Translations under genes and position numbers: made by a program
Assembly: GCA_018333525.1 (NCBI GenBank)
Contig: JAGXTF010000013.1
Span: forward strand, 24,912-88,911
DNA: 64,000 bases
Direction: 5' to 3'
Source: Bacteroidota bacterium
GTDB lineage: Bacteria; Bacteroidota; Bacteroidia; NS11-12g; UBA955
The notes under the pieces: generated by a model
What the model was told of the DNA's origin: nothing
Databases searched by the model: none
The model's input: the letters and a program-made list of their open reading frames with translations, nothing else
In this document: positions 29,603 through 38,285 of the stretch, one piece after another
Layout of the letters: each line of letters starts with the position of its first letter
Position numbering within the stretch: the first letter of the stretch is position 1

Positions 29603-30916
29603 TTAATAGTGACATTTGGCACATTCCAATCCGCCATTCATTGCCGGAGTAACCTTTACACGACCATCGGGGCTGAAATATTTGCTCTTGTCGTTGTTCT
29701 TCGCAATATCTGATTTCGCTTTTTCGTGAAGTGCTTTATAATAGTTGTTGTTCTCAACGTCTACTCCTGTGTTGCGGTGACATTCGATACACCAGCCCAT
29801 TTGCAGTGAGCTCCATTGTTGCACCACTTCCATTTTTTCAATTGGACCATGGCAAGTCTGGCACTGCAGTTTACCCACTTTTACGTGTTGGCTGTGGTTG
29901 AAATATGCATGATCGGGCAGGTTGTGAATTCGAATCCAACGAACAGGATTGGGATTAGGCCCAAATGCATCATCACCATTCTTTTCAGGATTGTAATCCA
30001 GTGCTGCGTAAATCTTTTTAATTTCAGGAGAAATATCATCACTGGTTGCATCCGATCTTTTCTGAACACCTTTATGGCAATTCATACAAGTATTAAGTGA
30101 AGGAATACTCGCTTGTTTGCTATACTCAACGGTGGAGTGACAATATTTACAATCAATTTTCAAATCTCCTGCATGTAATTTATGTGAATATGCAATTGGC
30201 TGTTTTGGGGCATAACCCTTTTGCACTCCAATTTCTGTCATTCCAAAACTGTACAACCAAGTGGTTCCAATAATTCCAACGATTGCGGTAATAAACAGAC
30301 TCAAAACCACAGGATTCATTTTTTGCATTCCGGAAGGCATCCAGCGCACATACCATGGTTTTTCTGAACCAACCATCGGAAATTCCTCGGGCATTCTTTC
30401 AGAGGCAAGGCGACGGAGCGTGGATTTTACCTTATTCAGAATCAGCAGAACAATTAAAAATACACCAACCAGTGCGAGTAAAATGTATAATGTTGTATTG
30501 TCTCCTCCAGTTTCTGTTGGTACAGATGTAACAGGCACTTTAGGACCATCATCCTTTTTAGGAACTGTTTTAATGTACTCCAGTATATTTTTAATATCCG
30601 GATCGCTGAGGTTTGCAAAAATGTTCATTGCAGCTCCACCATATTCCTGGTAGATTGCCAAGGCGTCTTTGTCTCCGCTTTTTCTTAAAGCCTCATTATT
30701 CCTTATCCATTTAATGAGCCATTCTTCAGATCTGCGCTCTGTGATGCCTCTGAGGGCAGGTCCGACGATCTTTTTATCCATTGCATGACAACTCCAGCAG
30801 TTGTTGGCATCCATGATTTTTTTACCTTCGTCGGCATTTGGTTTGTCCTCGGCAAAAATGCTCATAGAAAAGGCCAGGGCCGATGCGAGCATAAAGGACT
30901 TTAAGTGTCTTATCAT
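29603..30916 (-). CDS. actA: Alternative complex III multihaem cytochrome c ActA with an extra N-terminal cytochrome c domain
   Basis: Six CXXCH motifs (CWSCH, CKYCH, CMNCH, CQTCH, CIECH, CAKCH), a signal peptide and two TM helices. Start placed at MIRHLKSF... (ATG 30916). Confidence 0.88.
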   Translation of the reverse strand: MIRHLKSFMLASALAFSMSIFAEDKPNADEGKKIMDANNCWSCHAMDKKIVGPALRGITERRSEEWLIKWIRNNEALRKSGDKDALAIYQEYGGAAMNIFANLSDPDIKNILEYIKTVPKKDDGPKVPVTSVPTETGGDNTTLYILLALVGVFLIVLLILNKVKSTLRRLASERMPEEFPMVGSEKPWYVRWMPSGMQKMNPVVLSLFITAIVGIIGTTWLYSFGMTEIGVQKGYAPKQPIAYSHKLHAGDLKIDCKYCHSTVEYSKQASIPSLNTCMNCHKGVQKRSDATSDDISPEIKKIYAALDYNPEKNGDDAFGPNPNPVRWIRIHNLPDHAYFNHSQHVKVGKLQCQTCHGPIEKMEVVQQWSSLQMGWCIECHRNTGVDVENNNYYKALHEKAKSDIAKNNDKSKYFSPDGRVKVTPAMNGGLECAKCHY

Positions 30917-30944
30917 ATAGGAATGAAGGCTGTTTTTAGCGCTG

Positions 30945-30952
30945 CAAATATA
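30945..30952 (-). promoter_or_regulatory. -7 box TATATTTG upstream of actA (candidate ACIII operon promoter)
   Basis: Exact TAnnTTTG match on the minus strand, 28 nt upstream of ATG 30916. Confidence 0.5.
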
Positions 30953-31126
30953 GAATGAGGTCATGCCCGCGTAAAACTTTTTGTTAACACAATATTCAAT
31001 TTAAAATGATTCTAAATAAAATATTATATGTGTTGTATATCAATATGTTACAAATCCACCTAAATCGACGGAATTATCTTTTTCAACTATCGGGGATAGA
31101 ATTGATTACTCCTTTATACATGTAAT

Positions 31127-31894
31127 ATGTCGCAGATTTGCATCATGATTCATGGAAAAAAAGTGGTGGTAGTATTACCTGCATACAACGCAGGAAATAC
31201 ATTGGAAAAAACTTGCAGTGAAATTCCCATGGACATTGTGGATGAACTTGTTCTTGTAGATGATGCAAGCTCTGATCAAACCAGTAAGATTGCTGAAAAA
31301 CTTGGTGTACAACATATAATCAGGCATGAAAAAAATATGGGTTATGGTGGCAACCAAAAATCCTGTTATCTAAAAGCGCTTGAGCTGAACGCGGATATTG
31401 TAGTGATGCTGCATCCCGATTATCAATATACCCCTAAGCTTATTGGAAGTATGGTGAATTTGATTGCCGCAGAAGTCTATCCTGTTGTATTTGGCAGCAG
31501 AATTCTTGGGAAAGGTGCTTTAAGAGGTGGAATGCCTTTATATAAATATATGGCAAACAGAATGCTGACTTTAATTCAAAATATTTTGATGGGACAAAAA
31601 CTCGCAGAATACCATACCGGTTATCGAGCCTTTAGCAGCAAAGTATTAAAGTCAATTGATTTTCAAAAAAATTCAAATGATTTTGTTTTTGACAATGAAA
31701 TTATTGCCCAAATATTTTCATCCGGATATGAAATTGCTGAAATCACATGTCCTACAAAATATTTTGAAGACGCCAGCAGTATTAATTTCAAAAGAAGCGT
31801 GAAATATGGTTTTGGAGTACTTCGTGTCAGCTTCGGTTACAGGCTGTACAAATGGGGATTCTACACTCCTGCATTTCTCAAAAAACGAGTATAA
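31127..31894 (+). CDS. Family 2 glycosyltransferase (DPM1/polyprenol-phosphate glycosyltransferase-like)
   Basis: VVVLPAYNAGNTLEKT, VLVDDASSDQT and a GT-A fold. The start could instead be ATG 31145 (MIHGKK...). Confidence 0.88.
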   Translation: MSQICIMIHGKKVVVVLPAYNAGNTLEKTCSEIPMDIVDELVLVDDASSDQTSKIAEKLGVQHIIRHEKNMGYGGNQKSCYLKALELNADIVVMLHPDYQYTPKLIGSMVNLIAAEVYPVVFGSRILGKGALRGGMPLYKYMANRMLTLIQNILMGQKLAEYHTGYRAFSSKVLKSIDFQKNSNDFVFDNEIIAQIFSSGYEIAEITCPTKYFEDASSINFKRSVKYGFGVLRVSFGYRLYKWGFYTPAFLKKRV

Positions 31895-32890
31895 TTAATA
31901 TTTATTGAAGGAAATGGAATTTACCAAATTTCCTTTTTGAATCGAATTTTCGTATTCCAAATAACAAGCCAGAGCGATTTGGGAATAATTCTGTGCTTCG
32001 GATTGAAATCTTCCGTAATTGGTATGCCATAATTGATGTATCAATGCATTTCCCTGGTAGCTGTTTGGTACCACCTGCATGGCATTTTTTACTGTAGTAG
32101 CACCCGCATTGTAACAATGCAATACCAACAGCTTAAACCATAAGGCAGATTCATCCACCGCAAATCCATAAGTATTGCACCACCTTCTGGCATAAGGAAT
32201 ACATATTTCATTAAATAATCTTGCAGCAGCATAGGCACTTCTGTCAAAATTCTCCCGTTCATCCAGATATTTATCTACCCGCAAACCATACTGCCTGGCC
32301 ACAAAAGGCATCAATTGAAATTGACCATAAGCACCCGCAATACTTTTTGCTTTGTTGGTACCCGGACTTTCAATTAGCAGGACAGATTGGGCATAAAAAG
32401 GATCTACATGAAAGCTATCAAATAATTTAATTGCTCTTTTCAATTTGTTTTTAACTCCGGAAAATTCGTAGAACCATTTTTTACCACCTGTGAATTTAAT
32501 TCTGGTATCCACAGGCAATTGGTACATCAAGCATAATTCTCTTCTTAAAGTATCCAGGTGTCCAATTCGCTCCAGACTATCTACCACGGCTCTTGAAACC
32601 GGGTGCAACAATCTTCGGCTTGCATAAATATTGGCCATAGAACTGTCTTTTTCAAGTGTAATAATGCGCCTCCAGAAATTCACTTCTGCCATGGTATCCC
32701 AACCCTGGTCATGTACACAAGCTATTTTTAAAAAATGAATTTGGGAATTGTCTTCCGTTTGAAAAACAGAAATGGACTTTTCACAACTACCGGAAATTTC
32801 TTCATCCACTTTAACTGCCATTGGCATTCTTGCACCCAAATTGGCAAACAATACAATGCCCAGTGATAATGTAACTCCAAGTATTCTCAA
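31895..32890 (-). CDS. Lytic transglycosylase (SLT domain) protein
   Basis: SLT catalytic region LLIESPGTNKAKSIAGAYGQFQLMPFVARQYGL. Apparent TTG start 4 nt after the TPR gene stop. Confidence 0.8.
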   Translation of the reverse strand: MRILGVTLSLGIVLFANLGARMPMAVKVDEEISGSCEKSISVFQTEDNSQIHFLKIACVHDQGWDTMAEVNFWRRIITLEKDSSMANIYASRRLLHPVSRAVVDSLERIGHLDTLRRELCLMYQLPVDTRIKFTGGKKWFYEFSGVKNKLKRAIKLFDSFHVDPFYAQSVLLIESPGTNKAKSIAGAYGQFQLMPFVARQYGLRVDKYLDERENFDRSAYAAARLFNEICIPYARRWCNTYGFAVDESALWFKLLVLHCYNAGATTVKNAMQVVPNSYQGNALIHQLWHTNYGRFQSEAQNYSQIALACYLEYENSIQKGNLVNSISFNKY

Positions 32891-32894
32891 TATG

Positions 32895-33947
32895 CTATTT
32901 TTCTATATTAACGTTTTCTTTCAGATTTTCTTTTATACAGTACAGCTCCAAATATTTTTTGGCTCTGGTTTCACCTAACATCAGGCTTTTATTCCAATCT
33001 TCACAGGCCTTATCTCCCATCCTAATATTACTTCGTGCAATTCCCCTGCCAAGATATGCATAAGCCGGATCATTATTTTTGAGTTGAATGGACTTTGTAA
33101 GTACATTTTCAGCTTTATAATAATCTCTCAATTGCAACAGGCAATGCCCATAATCCGCCAACAGATCCGGATTTAGGGAATCCTTCATGAGTAAATCTTC
33201 GTAAATGGCAAGTGCCTGAGAAAACTGTTGCAGGTAAAATAAATTGTCCGCTTTTAATTTCTGAATTTCCAAATTTTCCGCATGATTCAAAATATACACA
33301 TGAATATCATCCTGACTTCCACTGTAATTTCCCAATAAGTGTCTCACAAATGCACGTTTGTAATAAAGCTCCAAATTCTCTGGTTGTCCCGTTATCCACT
33401 CATTTAAAATCGATTCTGCCTTGTCATATTTTTTGTTTAACAGCAATACCTGAAACCATTGTAATTGCAATTCCTGATTATGAGGGGATATTTGAAATAA
33501 ACTATAATAATCCATTTCAGCTGCCGCATAGTCTTTCATTTCCAAAGCCAGATCTGCTCTGAATCGCAGCGCATTTGTATCCAACGGAAACCAAAGTAGA
33601 TACTGACAAATATCGGCAAAGGCGAATTGGTAATTTCCGGTTAGTCGGTATGCCAGACTTCGATTGAAATATGCATCTGAGTTTGAAGTATCCAACACAA
33701 CGGCTTTATTAAAATCAACTACTGCCAGAGAGTAATTATCGGCATGCATGTGAACGACTCCCCTGTTATACCAAAGTGTTGAGCTCTCCGGATTCTCTGC
33801 AAGTGCTTCCGTAAAAATCTCTATAGCCTTTTTATAATTAGCTACACTATCCTGTCTCAGACCTTGCTGTACTATCATCTGCAAATCCTGCCCGGATAGG
33901 CATTGCAATAGAAATAGAGGCACTATGCGGATTACATTTTTCAACAA
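32895..33947 (-). CDS. Tetratricopeptide-repeat protein
   Basis: Multiple TPR-like 34-aa repeats (A..Y...A......P....L.Y.RG). Signal-like N-terminus. TTG start. Confidence 0.8.
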   Translation of the reverse strand: MLKNVIRIVPLFLLQCLSGQDLQMIVQQGLRQDSVANYKKAIEIFTEALAENPESSTLWYNRGVVHMHADNYSLAVVDFNKAVVLDTSNSDAYFNRSLAYRLTGNYQFAFADICQYLLWFPLDTNALRFRADLALEMKDYAAAEMDYYSLFQISPHNQELQLQWFQVLLLNKKYDKAESILNEWITGQPENLELYYKRAFVRHLLGNYSGSQDDIHVYILNHAENLEIQKLKADNLFYLQQFSQALAIYEDLLMKDSLNPDLLADYGHCLLQLRDYYKAENVLTKSIQLKNNDPAYAYLGRGIARSNIRMGDKACEDWNKSLMLGETRAKKYLELYCIKENLKENVNIEK

Positions 33948-34019
33948 GTTTGGAAATTGATTTTCCCGGTAATTATTTGCAAATCTTTTACCAGTCTTGA
34001 AAAAATCAAATCTAAAATT

Positions 34020-35432
34020 GTGAACAATGTTAAATTAACCTTCTATGGAGCAGCACGCAGGGTAACCGGTTCCAAACACATGCTAACCACGGCACATCAG
34101 GAAAAAATACTACTGGATTGTGGTATGTTTCAGGGGGAAGGTACAGAGGGGGACTATCTAAACAGGCATTTTCATTTCGACCCCACCACTCTTGATTTTG
34201 TAATTATATCCCATGCACATATCGATCATATAGGTTTATTGCCACGACTGGTTCGTGAAGGGTATTCCAGTCCTATTTATATGAATGAATCCACACGGGA
34301 TCTAACGGAATTGATGCTTGCTGACAGTGCGCATATACAAGAGGTTGATCTGGATCGAATTAACAAGAGAAGAAGACTTAAAGGCCTTGAATCGCTCGAC
34401 CCTATGTATACCATGGAGGACGTAATCAAAGTTCTTGAACAACTCGAAGTAGTTGAAAACAACAAACCTTTTGTTGTGGGGAAAGATACCAAGGTTTTGT
34501 TTACACCAAATGCGCATATTTTGGGCAGCATTGCAATGCACCTTACATTACAAGGTCCTAATCGCCCAATAACACTGGCATTTACCGGCGATATTGGCAG
34601 ACCCGGAGATAGTATTTTAAGTGGCCCGGATCCGTTTCCGCAATCTGATTACATTATTTGTGAGAGTACCTATGGAGACAGAGAACATCCTGTTCCCAAG
34701 GATGCAAATGCCAAACTCAAGGCCATGGTTATGGAAACATGCATTGAAAAAAACGGTAAAATAATTATACCGGCGTTTAGCGTGGATCGGACTCAGGAGT
34801 TAATTTATATGCTGGACAGAATGATTTCTGAAGGAGAATTGCCTCCAGTTACTACGTATGTAGATAGTCCTTTAAGTGTGCGGGCAACAAGGATTATGAA
34901 AGCACATCAACATGAATTCAATCGTGATATTTTGGACTACATCACCCGAGATGGCGACCCTTTTGATTTTCCCGGTTTGAAATATGTGAGCAAAGTAGAA
35001 GATTCCAAAAAAATCAATGATGAAAAAACTGCATCTATTATAATATCTGCAAGTGGAATGGCGGAAGCAGGACGTGTAAAACACCATATTGCAAACAATA
35101 TTGAAAATGAAAATAATCTCATATTATTGGTTGGGTATGCAACTCCTCAAAGCTTGGCCGGAAGATTGAAAGCCGGTGAACCAACCGTTCGCATTTTTGG
35201 CGATGAGTTTGTAGTGAAAGCAAGGGTGGAATCTATGCCTTATTTCAGTGCTCATGCAGACTGGAAGGAAATGTTGCAATATTTAAGTTGTCAAAAAAAG
35301 GAAGAAGTAAAAACCATTTTTCTTGTACATGGCAGTGATGAAAGCCTGGGGCCCTGGAAAAGCAGATTGATGCAGGAAGGTTATCCAAAAGTGACTATTG
35401 CAGATATGCTGATGGAAGTAGAACTGAATTGA
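34020..35432 (+). CDS. MBL-fold beta-CASP hydrolase with an RNA-specificity-type C-terminus (RNase J/CPSF-like)
   Basis: KLTFYGAARRVTGSKHML, HxHxDH (SHAHIDHIG) and C-terminal SAHAD. Start set at GTG 34020; the track's TTG at 33957 adds an atypical 21-aa leader. Confidence 0.82.
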   Translation: MNNVKLTFYGAARRVTGSKHMLTTAHQEKILLDCGMFQGEGTEGDYLNRHFHFDPTTLDFVIISHAHIDHIGLLPRLVREGYSSPIYMNESTRDLTELMLADSAHIQEVDLDRINKRRRLKGLESLDPMYTMEDVIKVLEQLEVVENNKPFVVGKDTKVLFTPNAHILGSIAMHLTLQGPNRPITLAFTGDIGRPGDSILSGPDPFPQSDYIICESTYGDREHPVPKDANAKLKAMVMETCIEKNGKIIIPAFSVDRTQELIYMLDRMISEGELPPVTTYVDSPLSVRATRIMKAHQHEFNRDILDYITRDGDPFDFPGLKYVSKVEDSKKINDEKTASIIISASGMAEAGRVKHHIANNIENENNLILLVGYATPQSLAGRLKAGEPTVRIFGDEFVVKARVESMPYFSAHADWKEMLQYLSCQKKEEVKTIFLVHGSDESLGPWKSRLMQEGYPKVTIADMLMEVELN

Positions 35433-35449
35433 AATAACCCAAATATTTA

Positions 35450-36202
35450 ATGGATAAAAAGAATAAATTATTTTTAACCCTTGGTTTTTTCTTTGTCACC
35501 AATGCACTGATAGCCGAATTTATCGGAGTTAAAATTTTTTCACTGGAAAGTACATTTGGTTATCAGCCGGTACGCTGGAATATATTGGGGTTTGAGTTGT
35601 CATTTGAACTCACTGCAGGTGTAATTTTATGGCCTGTGGTTTTTATTATGACTGATTTAATTAATGAATATTATGGGAAAAAAGGGGTTCGGAGATTGAG
35701 TTATCTGACGGTTATTATGTTGGTATATGCATTTGCAATGGCATTTATGGCTATAGGAACCACTCCTGCTGAATGGTGGGTGAACAGCAAAGCCGGTAGT
35801 GGTTTGCAAAATTTCGATATTGCATATACCCAGGTTTTTGGGCAGGGACTTGGTATTATTATAGGTTCTTTAATAGCATTTATTATTGGCCAAATAATTG
35901 ATGCATTTATTTTTCAGAAATTAAAGAAGAAAACTGGTTCAAATAAAGTTTGGCTGCGCGCAACTGGCAGCACCTTGGTATCCCAGCTCATAGACAGTTT
36001 CGTTGTTTTGTATATCGCATTTGGAGTATGGGGAAACTGGCCGATGAAACAAATACTCGCTATTTGTATCATGAATTATATTTATAAAGTAACCATGGCA
36101 TTTGTTTTAATTCCTGTGTTATACCTGGTTCATGGCATCATTGACAGGTATTTGGGTAAGGAGTTGAGTACAACGATGATTGCCGAAGCCACTGAAATTT
36201 AA
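35450..36202 (+). CDS. yhhQ: Queuosine-precursor transporter (YhhQ/VUT family, DUF165)
   Basis: Polytopic, with FIMTDLINEYYGKKG and GSTLVSQLIDSFVV motifs typical of the YhhQ family. Confidence 0.82.
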   Translation: MDKKNKLFLTLGFFFVTNALIAEFIGVKIFSLESTFGYQPVRWNILGFELSFELTAGVILWPVVFIMTDLINEYYGKKGVRRLSYLTVIMLVYAFAMAFMAIGTTPAEWWVNSKAGSGLQNFDIAYTQVFGQGLGIIIGSLIAFIIGQIIDAFIFQKLKKKTGSNKVWLRATGSTLVSQLIDSFVVLYIAFGVWGNWPMKQILAICIMNYIYKVTMAFVLIPVLYLVHGIIDRYLGKELSTTMIAEATEI

Positions 36203-36224
36203 TTCAGTAGGAGCTAAAATGGAG

Positions 36225-36232
36225 TAATTTTG
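36225..36232 (+). promoter_or_regulatory. -7 box TAATTTTG, 8 nt upstream of ATG 36241
   Basis: Exact TAnnTTTG match. Confidence 0.45.
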
Positions 36233-36240
36233 CGCATTCC

Positions 36241-36843
36241 ATGATTTCATCGCAAATAGGTGCCGCAATTGTCATTAGTTTATTACACGGCCTTATACCA
36301 AGTCATTGGTTGCCATTAGTGGCAATTGGCAAAAACATGCATTGGAGCAGACAAAAGCTGATGCGAACCACTTTGTTCGCCGCCGTGGCACATGCATTAA
36401 GTACAGTAATTATTGGCTTCGCGGTTGCATTTTTAGGTAAATATCTGGGAGAAAAACTGGAATGGTTTACCCATATTATTCCGGCTTTAATTTTAGGCCT
36501 GTTGGGAATTTGGTTTATTTACAGACATTACACCCACCATCATTTTCATCTTCACGCCCACCATAAAGATAATGATATCATACTACCCGTTCTTCTTGCC
36601 ATGTTTTTATCGCCCTGTTTGGAAATTGAAGGGTATTTTTTCAGTCTTGGGGTTTTTGGGTTTCAGTGGGTACTGCTTTTATCCGTTGTTTATTTTGTTT
36701 TAACTGTAATCAGCATGTATTTCTGGGTATTTGTAGCAGTTAAAGGTGTTGCAAAAATAAACTCGCATAAATGGGAGCACAATTCAGGTATGATTACCGG
36801 TGTGGTACTGGTAATTTCCGGAGTTCTTTTTCTGTTTGGCTGA
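36241..36843 (+). CDS. Six-TM membrane protein with a His-rich loop; putative metal-ion transporter (NicO/RcnA-like)
   Basis: LLHGLIPSHW in TM1 and a central loop YRHYTHHHFHLHAHHKDND. The family assignment is tentative. Confidence 0.5.
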   Translation: MISSQIGAAIVISLLHGLIPSHWLPLVAIGKNMHWSRQKLMRTTLFAAVAHALSTVIIGFAVAFLGKYLGEKLEWFTHIIPALILGLLGIWFIYRHYTHHHFHLHAHHKDNDIILPVLLAMFLSPCLEIEGYFFSLGVFGFQWVLLLSVVYFVLTVISMYFWVFVAVKGVAKINSHKWEHNSGMITGVVLVISGVLFLFG

Positions 36844-36868
36844 TGATGGCAATATTGCAGGAAAGGTG

Positions 36869-36876
36869 TAAATTTG
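36869..36876 (+). promoter_or_regulatory. -7 box TAAATTTG upstream of ATG 36893
   Basis: Exact TAnnTTTG match 16 nt upstream of the start. Confidence 0.45.
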
Positions 36877-36892
36877 AGTTAACAATTTTCCT

Positions 36893-37447
36893 ATGAAACA
36901 CAAAAATCTTTTTATAGGTGTGATTAGCGCTGCACTGTTAACCACCTTCACTACCAGCTGTGATAAGTTGAAAGAGGCTCTGTTTGTTGCATTTAATGCC
37001 AATTCCGCATCTGTTGATTTTACCATTCCAATCATTAACACTACCGCGACAACTTCGGATTTGGGAACGATGGATAACACCATCAATCTGGATTCAATTA
37101 TTAAGGCTGAAACGGACAATCAGTTTTCGCTGGACGATATCAAAAAAATCACCATTCAAACAGCACAATTGGTTTTGTTGAATGGGGACAATGAAAACAA
37201 TTTTGCCAATTTTGAAGAAGGCTGGCTCACATTTTCCACAGATACCAAGCCAACTCCGGTTACCATTGCAACAGGGTTAAATCCGGATGTATATTCCGAT
37301 AATTGGACATTGCCTTCAGTGCCGGATATAAATCTAAAAGAATACCTGAATGGAAATTCGCTGCATTATGTACTTACAGGAAAAGCAAGAAGAGTAACAA
37401 CAAAAGTTTTGGATTGCAAGCTGAATGTGACTTTTCATATCGAATAA
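36893..37447 (+). CDS. Lipoprotein of unknown function
   Basis: Lipobox MKHKNLFIGVISAALLTTFTTSC. Beta-rich sequence with no recognisable motif. Confidence 0.65.
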   Translation: MKHKNLFIGVISAALLTTFTTSCDKLKEALFVAFNANSASVDFTIPIINTTATTSDLGTMDNTINLDSIIKAETDNQFSLDDIKKITIQTAQLVLLNGDNENNFANFEEGWLTFSTDTKPTPVTIATGLNPDVYSDNWTLPSVPDINLKEYLNGNSLHYVLTGKARRVTTKVLDCKLNVTFHIE

Positions 37448-37462
37448 AAAAATTAAAATCTC

Positions 37463-37496
37463 AAAAAAAAAGAACGCATAAGCGTTCTTTTTTTTT
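37463..37496. terminator. Bidirectional Rho-independent terminator between convergent genes
   Basis: A9-GAACGC-ataa-GCGTTC-T9. Confidence 0.8.
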
Positions 37497-37509
37497 ATTC
37501 ATTTATGTT

Positions 37510-37920
37510 TTACCAAACAAATTGTTTTTTGTTCAATATTAATGCTTCCCCTGTGGTGCAAAGATTTTCAGTACCTTCTTCAAAAATCTGAGTTTCAAAA
37601 AGAATTCTGTTTTTTTCAGCAAATATTTCTTTCACGGTAATTACCGCCTGGTAAGTTTGATTTGCATACATAGGCTTTAAAAATGTGAGGTTCTGTTTGA
37701 GGTATACATTTCCATCCCAATATAAAAGGGTTCCAAATATTTTGGTAAATACGCTGGCACCCAGATAACCGTGCATAATTCGCTTGCCAAACATGGATGC
37801 GGCAGCATAATCTGCATCAACATGCAGTGGATTTGTATCGCCGCTCACACGGGCATAAGTGTCTACGTCTTCCTGTGTATAGGAAAAACTGTGTTTGAAT
37901 TGGTCACCAATCTGAATCAT
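37510..37920 (-). CDS. MaoC-like hot-dog fold (R)-specific enoyl-CoA hydratase (PhaJ-like)
   Basis: MIQIGDQFKHSFSYTQEDVDTYARVSGDTNPLHVD is the MaoC dehydratase signature. Start placed at ATG 37920. Confidence 0.8.
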   Translation of the reverse strand: MIQIGDQFKHSFSYTQEDVDTYARVSGDTNPLHVDADYAAASMFGKRIMHGYLGASVFTKIFGTLLYWDGNVYLKQNLTFLKPMYANQTYQAVITVKEIFAEKNRILFETQIFEEGTENLCTTGEALILNKKQFVW

Positions 37921-37941
37921 TATTTGTTTTCTATTGAGGTG

Positions 37942-37949
37942 CAAAGGTA
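37942..37949 (-). promoter_or_regulatory. -7 box TACCTTTG upstream of the MaoC-like gene
   Basis: Exact TAnnTTTG match on the minus strand, 21 nt upstream of ATG 37920. Confidence 0.45.
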
Positions 37950-38053
37950 GGTTTCTGTGCACCAAACCAAAACGACAAAATCTTACAACTTTTTTCGCCG
38001 TTTTCTAAAAATCGCGAAGAATTTGGACGCATTTTTCTGTAAGACCATCCCAA

Positions 38054-38067
38054 GTGACATATGTCAC
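38054..38067. promoter_or_regulatory. Perfect 14-bp palindrome GTGACATATGTCAC (candidate operator) in the divergent hydratase/phaE region
   Basis: Read directly from the sequence. Lies within the 365-bp divergent intergenic region. Confidence 0.35.
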
Positions 38068-38285
38068 GCCCAAAAAATAATCTTCCGGAAGTCATTTGTT
38101 CATAATTCCATAACTTCATTTAATTTATTATAAGTCAATATATTACGAATATAATTTGCGTCATTTTTCCCTATCCGGAGGGGTAAAAAACGAGTGCTAA
38201 AAAAATATAACCGTTTGCTATTGTTTAAGTCAGATATTATACCGTGTTTTGCAGAAAATTTTAGACCCCCTAAAAACAACTTTCA

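Noticed and set aside
29929-29937. TTCGAATCC, a tRNA T-loop-like string.
   Set aside because: It lies inside the well-supported actA coding sequence, and there is no acceptor or anticodon stem context around it.
31892-31897. Convergent GT2 and lytic transglycosylase genes whose stop codons abut with no intergenic base (TAATTA).
   Set aside because: This is a curiosity only. It leaves no room for terminators, but such abutting convergent stops occur by chance in compact genomes, and I see no further structure.
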